Shown here: piece after piece, positions 55,047-64,000 of the stretch
Layout: every line of letters begins with the position of its first letter
How positions within the stretch are numbered: position 1 is the first letter of the stretch
Assembly (NCBI GenBank): GCA_951406725.2
Contig: OX597822.1
Coordinates: forward strand, 10,044,001 to 10,108,000
Direction: 5' to 3'
Length of the DNA: 64,000 nucleotides
Source: Octopus vulgaris
Lineage: Eukaryota
Notes under the pieces: generated by a model
What the model saw: only the letters and a program-made list of their open reading frames with translations
What the model was told of the DNA's origin: nothing
The model's database searches: none
Made by a program: the position numbers and the translations under genes

Positions 55047-55417
55047 GGGGTTGTAAGTGCAACCCTCCATGGGATAACATATATCCAATATACTGCTAGT
55101 GAAGCACCCAATAAAGTTAATACATAAATTTTAAGAACTGCGATGCAATTAATTCATTTACTGTATTATATGGGCAAAGGTAAAATGTTTTACCACAAAT
55201 TAATAATATAAAATAAGAAAATGGAGAAACATATCTTAATCAATGATCAACTACCAGATAATACCCAATCACATAATTTATTAAACCACTACACATGAAC
55301 ATTAAGGTCAAACATAATAATATAGAACAAAACAATGTACATGAAAGAGTAATATTATACAATAAGTACAGTAAGTATAAGTGAATATAAATAAATACAA
55401 ATATAAATATAAACTAC

Positions 55418-55544
55418 ATCTTACAGCTGTTTCGGCCATCCAGATATGGGTGTCTCATTATGCTCATATTAGCCATGTGTGATAGGTAAATATGTAGTTG
55501 TAAATAAGACACTTACAAAAATATCCCAAGGCCTCTTCAGAGAT
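55418..55544 (-). ncRNA. Type I hammerhead ribozyme with 92-nt insert in stem II, family H6
   Basis: atct-CTGAAGA-ggcc-(92 nt)-ggcc-GAAA-CAGCTG-TA-agat; palindromic ACAGCTGT stem III, GUA site. Confidence 0.8.
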
Positions 55545-55673
55545 TATGAAATACAAACTAAATTAAATATGAATATCAGAGGAGGTACATTCATATTTAA
55601 TTTAGTTTGTATTTCATAATCTCTGAAGAGGCCTTGGGATATTTTTGTAAGTGTCTTATTTACAACTACATAT
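55490..55673. repeat. Perfect 85-bp inverted repeat with 14-nt spacer
   Basis: Arms 55490-55574 and 55589-55673; spacer ATCAGAGGAGGTAC. Confidence 0.93.
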
Positions 55674-55686
55674 GTCTGGATTTCCT

Positions 55687-56740
55687 GACAGATGGGGACA
55701 CTGACCAAACCGGGTGTCTTCATACCTTTTTACCATAAGAGAGATATTTTCTACTCGGTAACTGCAGTGAAATATGTCGCAAATATATTTAAACTACTCT
55801 AAATTTTGCACACATATATATAGATATATATATACTTGAAACACACACTTGTATTATGTATAGATTGTATAATCTATATATAGATTGTATTATCTTTTTA
55901 TGGCTTCATTTAATGACATCTCCTTATCTGTAACTTAGTGTGTGTGCGTCTGTTCGTCCACGAGACCATGTGTGTATGCATGTGCCTATGTGTGTGCTTA
56001 CGTGGACATGCGTATACTTATCATTTACGATTAACTATACGTAGACCCAATAACTGTATATAAAAATGGGATTCAGATTTTGGCACAAGGCTAGCAATTT
56101 CAGTGGAGTGAGTGAGTCGATTATATCGACCCTAGTAATCAACTGTCACTTATTTTACCGATGACAGATGGGGACACTGACCAAACCGGGTGTCTTCATA
56201 CCTTTTTACCATAAGAGAGATATTTTCTCCTCGGTAACTGCAGTGAATTAGCCTTTTAGCAGTTGAAATATGTCGCAAATATATTTAAACTACTCTAAAT
56301 TTTGCACACATATATATAGATATATATATATACTTGAAACACACACATACAAATATATATAACTTGCATTGTACATATATCTTGTATTATGTATCGATTG
56401 TATAATCTATATATAGATTGTATTATCTTTTTATGGCTTCATTTAATGACATCTCCTTATCTGTAACTTAGTGTGTGTGTGTGTGTGTGTCTGTTCGTCC
56501 ACGAGACCATGTGTGTATGCATGTGCCTATGTGTGTGCTTACGTGGACATGCGTATACTTATCAAAATAATTTTTTTCTTATTCATGTATTATTTGTGTT
56601 TTATTTACGATTAACTATACGTAGACCCAATAACTGTATATAAAAATGGGATTCAGATTTTGGCACCAGGCTAGCAATTTCAGTGGAGTGAGTGAGTCGA
56701 TTATATCGACCCTAGTAATCAACTGTTACTTATTTTACCG
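55687..56740 (+). repeat. Tandem duplication (units ~474 and ~579 bp)
   Basis: Both units start TGACAGATGGG(G)ACACTGACCAAACC (55687, 56162) and end CTTATTTTACCG. Confidence 0.92.
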
Positions 56741-56988
56741 ACCCCGGAGGGATGAAAACCAAAGTCAGAAATTGAACTCAGACCATAAAGACGAACGAAA
56801 TACCACCAAGTATTTCGCCCAGTTTAGTAACGACTCTGCCAGCCTTAAAACAGGAGAATACTAACGAATTTGTTAGGATAGTTGAACTTGCGATGAAAAA
56901 GAAGGAAGAGAATATAAGAAGAAACCCACTTGTTTCGAAGCAAGAGACTTTCATGTGAGTTTTCTGCGATTATTTGGTAAGCGGTGCC

Positions 56989-57030
<42 letters not shown>

Positions 57031-57054
57031 TAATAATAATAATGATGATAAAAA

Positions 57055-57569
57055 GCCCTGATGCAGTACCAGGCAGTGGCTCTCATCATAACTGATGTAC
57101 ATTGTTTTGTCTTGGTATAAAAGATGGGCTACAGCAAATATTCTGCTCAAAACCACAGTTTTGCTTGTCAGTTGTTTGACCTCAATCAGTTGAGCATGTC
57201 CCTTAGTGCATCTCTGATCACGAGCAAAAGTAGTGGGAGTGCATCATAGCCATGTGTTGAGAAGAATTCTTTGGGGTTTGAATAATTCACATCTGGAAAC
57301 ATGGGTGTTTCGTTCAACATCCTTAAACAACCCTTATTCACGGACCTTTTGAGTGAGATGGGTTACTCGACCAGAAGAAAATTCTAACTTGGCCCCACCT
57401 GCAAGGTCATGTGCTGTTTATCTTGATATGTGATCACCATGTCGCGCACATATTGTTGTGATGCATGTGCCTAGTGTACCCTTATCAGACGGGTAGTCAT
57501 GATGGGTATACTGGGCTTCGTATATTTTACCCCAGTGTCACTTTGATGGCATGCACTGCTCTCTCACTC
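57055..57569 (+). mobile_element. ~515-bp non-coding insert bounded by (AAT)n
   Basis: Complex sequence with sharp edges between AAT tracts at 56990-57050 and 57570-57760; no ORF or tRNA head; strand inferred from tract orientation. Confidence 0.5.
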
Positions 57570-57581
57570 AATAATAATAAT

Positions 57582-57649
<68 letters not shown>

Positions 57650-57676
57650 TAATAATAAATAATAATAATAATAATG

Positions 57677-57755
<79 letters not shown>

Positions 57756-57989
57756 TAATAATAGCAATATTTTTATAACCCAAAGCTTATAAGCGACCAC
57801 TGTGCATTGTCTAAGTTAAATAGTCTAATATTGGGGTATATAAGCCCTTGATGGAAAAAAAGTAGCATTTGCCGTACTCATGGGGCTCGAACCTACACCT
57901 ATATGTTTTCGCGACAAGTGTGCAGACCCCAAAAATATTTACATACTTAAATAGCTTACAACTCTATTTTAAAATTAACCCATTAGAAT

Positions 57990-59080
57990 TAACGAGAAAT
58001 TCTAGACTAAGCTTTGATGAAAGGAAATTTTTCCTTAAGTACTACTGCAACTTTGAAAACATAGTCGAAATGTAAAGTGAGTTTGGATGGAAGACCCACC
58101 AACGCGAAATACCATGAATAAAATTAGAGATTGATCTGATGCAGAAAGAACTGTTTAGAAGACTGCATACACCATTGCCCCCGGAAAGGAAGCATGGATA
58201 CTCGATACGTATTGATAGAGTATTGAAAATCTGTGCAGTAAGCGAGTCATGGAAAAGGGATTTCAAAATCCAGCACGCATTGTATTTTGAAGCGTTGTCA
58301 TTGTAATAGTTACATTCCAAGAATACTCCATGCTCTTAATGAGGATGAACTGGACCGAAGAGCGTGACCTGGCGAGTGGTACTTGGAAATATTCTCAGTT
58401 TCTACAGCGATTGTTTGGCGTGTTGAGGCTACATTAAAATCAAATGGCTCACTTAATCGCCGCAATTGCACCCGATGAGGACCTGGGAATCCGCGTATTA
58501 CGAAGGAACATCATGATGACCCACGAGCAGTTATAGCGTGGTTCGATTTATCTTCAAAAGAAGTAACTGGACCATTCTTTTTCTCAAGATACTCTAACTA
58601 GTCTCATTAACTTGCAATTGTTGAGACAATCTGTCATGCCAAACTTTCAATAGGACTTTGAAAATTAGGAGTTTTATTTCCAGCCGAATGTTGTACCTCC
58701 ACACTAGTAGACTATTGTAAAGGCTTACTTTGATGAGATTTTGCCAAACAAGTGGATTGGACGAAGAGGCTCAGGGGTCACTGCTAGACTTTTTTTTTAT
58801 GAAAATACTTAAATGATTGTCAACTTAAAAGTTGACAATACAAAACAGCCAAGAGTCGAGGAATTGAGTGTAACCATCGAACGAGAATGCGAACAAACAG
58901 TGAATAAATTGTTTTTGATGCTTACAATTCCATTCCTTTGGGTCTTGGAGCAAAATGGTCATCAGTTTAAAAACAGTCTTTCGTAAAAGAAATTGAATTT
59001 GATCAGTAAAGATCATGCAATTTTGCAAATTAAATTTTATTTAATAAACTCTTACCTTAGAACCAATCAACGTGTGTATA
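57990..59080 (+). mobile_element. Decayed Tc1/mariner transposon, rosa/DD41D-like
   Basis: FDERKFFLKYY, NGSLNRRNC..GNP, AWFDLSSKEVTGPFFF, FYFQPNVVPPH, YFDEILPNKWIGRRGS. Confidence 0.65.
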
Positions 59081-59127
59081 CATACATACATACATACATA
59101 ATAAATGCATACATGCATGGTGGCTGA

Positions 59128-59668
59128 CCCCTCGTTATCGAGTATGGCCATTGCACGAAGCTTAATCAATGTTATCGTGCAATGCCTGTGCAAGAAGATT
59201 TTTTTTAAAGTGAGGAAAGGCTGTGCACTGAGTCAATCCCACTCACTAAGCAACAGCAGCCATAATCCGAAAAGAAGGACAAGTCAACATCATCGGTAAA
59301 CACTGAGCCGCAGGTTTTATGTCGGAGTTATCCCAGATACCTGAGTTACTTTCTCCTAGAAGGATGCCCTAACAAAATCTAGGAGTCCTTCACTCCCAAT
59401 GGTTTAATCGCGCGATCGGGTATTCTGTCCAATTATTTCTCTGTTCCCGCGCATGATACATCCTTAAGACATTTATTGGATGGCTGTTGACTCTCAAGAG
59501 TTCCTCCGCCCTTTGACGGGTTTTGTTTTTCATCCCGCAGGGTGTTCAATAAACACCCTCTTCACCAAGCAAGCTTGGTGGGGTTGCCGGTTTAGTCGCC
59601 GACGACCCGACCATGCAACAGGTTGTGCTGGGTTACATGTTACCAGCAGCACTCGAAAGTGACCTGAC
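59128..59668 (-). mobile_element. Probable RTE-related non-autonomous element
   Basis: GC-rich 5' part (GGGTCGTCGGCGACTAAACCGGCAACCCC) and 3' end CAATGGCCATACTCGATAACGAGGG recall RTE termini; no ORF; lies between (TACA)n tracts; family call from recall only. Confidence 0.45.
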
Positions 59669-60474
59669 ATACATACATACATACATATGCATGCATACAT
59701 ACGTATCTGACATATGCATACATACATACGTACCTGACATATGCATACATACATACGTACGTTCGTACGTACATACATTAATACATACATGCATACATAC
59801 ACACACACTCACATACTTGTATGTATGTATGTATGTATGTATGTATGTATGTATGTAGGTATGTACGTATGTATGTACGTATGTATGTATGTGTGCACAT
59901 GTGTACAGTGAAAAAGATGGAGAAATTTGTTTCATATGAATTAACCGCTGCGGAAAAGATGCGTTGTTTGTCAATCTGTTCATTTCTTGTGGCACGAAAA
60001 GAAAGGGAATCGGTTTCGGAAGAATAATCACCGATTACAGCAAAAGATTTTGGCGTCAATCAAATGCAAGCTAAGTCGCTTGAACAAGTTTCAAAACCCG
60101 CTTCACAATTCCGAAACATGTACACTTCAAAACGTTATAGTTACTATTTGTTGGTATTATCAAGGAATCATCTATCATTCTTTTCTGCTGCCAAGAGAAA
60201 TAACATACTACTTCGACAGCTAGCAAACTGAGGAAATGAATTCCAAATTTGCCAGGAGACATTCGGCATTGATAAAGCGACAAGCGTCTATATTCTTACC
60301 ACATATCGCAAATCACCAAAGCAAAGTTGCAGCAGTTTAATTCTGAAATAGTGGATCACCCTCCATAATCCCCAAACATATCACCGACAGATTATCATAT
60401 TTCGTCACTTTGAGCTTTTCATTCGCGACAAAGTCTATACCATGGAGAAGTAAAGACAATGTCTGGGTAATTTA

Positions 60475-61747
60475 CGAGGGGCGTTCAATAAGTAATGCCC
60501 CTGACCCACTTCCCATAGCAGTAGAGCAACGAAACTTCGCACATTTATTAGTCTTTTTTACATAGGAACCACCTAGAGTTACGCATTTCTCCCATCGTTT
60601 GATGCAGCTCTGGAGACCGCTTTTGTAGAAGACCCCAGTTTGGTCCTCCAACCACGACGTGACTTCAGAAATCAAGGCTGCATCATATGGGAAACGCTTT
60701 CCTTTCAAAAACAACTTCATGGCTGGGAAGAGGTGAAAATCAGAGGGTGCAAGGTCAGGAGAGTAGGGGGTGGGGGAGGAGTTCATAGCCGCACGCCTGT
60801 GCTTCTGATCTGGCGACACGCGAGTTGTGGACCAGAGCGTTGTCCTGCAGGAGGAGGATGCCTTTGCTGATCTTGCCCTGCCTCTTGATTTTGATGGCTT
60901 CTCTTAATTTCCTCAAAAGTGAAACATAATAGGCTCCTGTAATTGTGGTACCCTTTGCCAGGAAATCTGTCATCACTACTCCGTCCTGGTCCCAGAAGAC
61001 TGTGAGCATGACCTTGCCAGCGGAGGGCTGCACCCTTGCCTTCTTTGGAGGACGTGAGTCACGGTGCTTCCACTGCATTGACTGGGCTTTGGTCTCTGGA
61101 TCATAGTGATGGACCCGGGTTTCATCCTGTGTAATCAGTCATCTGAAAATTTTTGACTCATCTTCTTGGCACATCTCCAAATTCATCCTCGAGCACTCGA
61201 CGCATTCTTGCTTCTGGAAAGGTGTGAGCAACCTGGGAATCCATCTGGCAGACACCTTTTGCATATGCAAATGGTCATGAATGATAGTTTCCACAGACCC
61301 GGTACTAATCTTGACCTCATGGGCTATTTGGCGAATAGTTATGCGTCGATCTTCCAAAATGGCAGCCTCAACTTGACGGACAGATGCCTCATCAATGGCA
61401 GAAAGGGGGCGACCAGATTTGGGAGCTGTTTCCACAGAGTTCCGACCATGTTTAAATTCACGATGCCAGCGTTTTACAAGGTCATATGATGGGGCATCAT
61501 CACCATAAGTTACTTTCATTTCATCAAAAGTCTCCCGTGGTGTGCGTTCTTTCAAATACAAAAACCGGATCACTGCTCGACACTCAACTGGTTCCATTTC
61601 ACACTTGACTCTGTTCAAACACCTGTAAATCAGAAACCACAATTAGTTCAGAGCTGTAATTTGCCACTTAATCTATAGAGATATGAATAATTGCACATGC
61701 AAACAACTGCAAGTGGGTCAGGGGCATTACTTATTGAACGTCCCTCG
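60475..61747 (-). mobile_element. Full-length mariner (DD34D), 1273 bp
   Basis: 37-bp TIRs CGAGGG(G/A)CGTTCAATAAGTAATGCCCCTGACCCACTT with 1 mismatch; TA duplication at 60473-74 and 61748-49. Confidence 0.96.
60550..61597 (-). pseudogene. Mariner transposase with two frameshifts
   Basis: MEPVECRAVIRFL HTH, WIPRLL, TQDETRVH, LLQDNA, YSPDLAPSDFHLFP; breaks near 61140 and 60770. Confidence 0.92.
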
Positions 61748-62699
61748 TATAACTTCAAGGACAATAATTTTTTCGAAGTAGGTATATATAGAATCCTAAG
61801 GAGATGGGAAAAGTTGTTGATGTTGATGGATTCTACTTTGATCAATAAATAAGTATTATACATAGGTACATAGGTTTCCCTTATTCATTTCTTAGAGGCC
61901 ACATGCATTTATATAAAAAATAGGACCACAGAAAATGTGGATTTTTGATGAGGAGTAAAAATATTATACTAATATTTTATTTACTTATTTATATTCATAA
62001 AATAAGGATAAAAATCACGTTAATGATAATTATCAAGTAGTCAGCATGGAAATAAGCAGTTTATATATTAAATTAATAATTATATATATATATATATATA
62101 TATATAATTATTTTAAGTGAGAAGGTCAAAACAAGAACTTATCTCCTCCATACTGAATTAATGTCTAAACATTACGAAGCTATCAAAAGTAAAATCCATA
62201 AATACATGCAATTGAAAGTGGGCTAGTGAGAAGATATTTGAAAAGACTCCACATTAATTGTGAATTAGCTAATTTTCAGATTAAAATCTTAAATAGGTTT
62301 TCTTCTATTTTTAGCACAAAATATCTAAAAATTTACGAACAAGTGTTAATACATACCCATAACAAAGTGAGTTTGCACATCTATACACAAACACTTGCAA
62401 GTATAGATTCGAAAATGTCAGGTTAAAATACTCACACGACGACCACATGTATTTCTATCTAAAATAGGACCGCAGACATTGCGGGTTTTTGATGAGGAGT
62501 AAAAATATTATTCTAATATTTTAATTATAATCATAAATATATTGCTCTGAAGATAGAAGAAAATCTATTTAAGATTTTAATCGTGAAATTAGGTAATTCG
62601 CAATTAGTGTGGAGTATTTTTAAATATCTTCCCACTAGGCCGCTTTCAATCGAGTGTATTTATGGAGTTTTTTCGGTAGCTTCTTAATGCTTGGACATT

Positions 62700-63024
62700 A
62701 ATTCAGTATGGAGGAGATAAGGGTTGGCCCCTTATCTCCTCCATACTTCCTAGGCTTGGCCCCGTGTGACTTTTGCCTATTCCCAACTCTCAATAAAACA
62801 CTCAAAGGGCGAAGATTTGAGTCAGCAGAAAGCATTATGCAAAATTCGACGGCACAACTCTACAGCATCCCAAAAGGGAATGTTTTCAGCAGTGGCAGGA
62901 ATGCTGGCAAAAGTGTATACACTCACAAGGGGGATATTTTCAAGGAGACTAAATCAAAATTTTGAGTTTTTTTTAATATTACTTGTGTTTTGGCCAAAGA
63001 TCGGATACTTTTTGGCCACACCTT
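62700..63024 (+). mobile_element. Mariner 3' fragment
   Basis: PPYFLGLAPCDFCLFPTLNKTLKGRRF then TIR-like CGGATACTTTTTGGCCACACC. Confidence 0.8.
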
Positions 63025-63028
63025 AGCA

Positions 63029-63103
<75 letters not shown>

Positions 63104-63114
63104 AATCTATCTAT

Positions 63115-63294
63115 ATTCTTTTATTTGCTTCAGTCATTTCACTGCAGCCATGTTGGAGCACCGCATTTAGTCGAAGAAATCAATCCCAGAACTTATTCTT
63201 GTAAGCCTAATACTTATTCTACCGGTCTTTTTTGCTGAACAGCTAAGTTTCGGGGACTTAAAATCAAGCGATGGCGGGACAACAAACACACACG

Positions 63295-63391
<97 letters not shown>

Positions 63392-63765
63392 GCACACACA
63401 CACATATTTATATAAAGTTAATCCAAACATGAAAACACAACAACGCGAGGACGTGGAACAAGTATAGTCTTATTGGACGCCCAGGAAAGGAAAGAAAGAA
63501 GGAGGACTTAACCTTTCGAGCGGAGCTCTCTGTCAGAAACATAGGAAAAGGAAAGATCCAAGGAAGGGAAGACGGAGGAAAAAAATAATCGCCAACGATA
63601 CACACGCGGTCACATATACAAGGGGCTTCTTTCAGTTTTCGTCCACCAAATCCACTCACAAGACCCAAGGCTATAAGAGAAGACACTTGCCCAAGGTTCC
63701 ACGCATTAGGCCTGAATCCGGAACCATGTGGTTGGAAAGCAAGGTTCGGACCATATACCTACGCC
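63115..63765 (-). mobile_element. Type 1 SINE carrying an H2 element (63417-63613) in its internal microsatellite
   Basis: SINE 3' half ends in (CA)n/TA at 63416 and the 5' half resumes at ~63620; insert matches 32435-32640 with a mutated core (CTGACAG..GAAAGGTT). Confidence 0.85.
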
Positions 63766-63920
63766 TGATGTTTGTAAATATATATATAAAACCCAAATAA
63801 AATTAAAATATTAATCTCTCTCATGGTATCATGTACTCTTTCTTCCGACAATCAACACTAAACGCATATCTGTGTGTGTGTGTGTATATATATATATTTT
63901 ATATATATATATATATATAA

Positions 63921-63965
<45 letters not shown>

Positions 63966-64000
63966 AGTATGCGTGTATGTATGTCAGTGTGTGTACATAC

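Larger units (their letters stand above)
59905..61850 (+). mobile_element. Old mariner relic split by a younger mariner
   Basis: WYYQGIIYHSFL and HPP*SPNISPTDYH before 60472; FFEVGIYRILRRW..VDVDGFYFDQ after 61750. Confidence 0.8.

Overview
AT-rich eukaryotic DNA made almost entirely of repeats. The SINE families and very dense (TA)n/(TG)n/(TATG)n/(AAT)n microsatellites suggest a cephalopod (octopus-like) intron or intergenic region; the organism call is inference. No intact host gene is recognisable, and nearly all listed ORFs are microsatellite read-through. Supported content: (i) RLE-type (R4/Dong-like) non-LTR retrotransposon relics of two families, always in (AAT)n tracts; (ii) a near-complete mariner nested in an older mariner, plus other mariner, maT-like and rosa-like relics; (iii) a decayed Penelope-like element (RT + GIY-YIG), a CR1-like 3' end and an RTE-like fragment; (iv) at least five tRNA-headed SINE types, often nested; (v) weak candidate minus-strand exons. 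The most interesting signal is a set of type I hammerhead-ribozyme motifs of Penelope-LTR style in about six short non-coding element families, including one with a tRNA head, an internal (AAT)n tract and a hammerhead tail. They sit in a landscape where SINEs seed microsatellites that ribozyme elements and TAA-associated LINEs then occupy. All folds and alignments were done by eye, and the edges of decayed elements are approximate.
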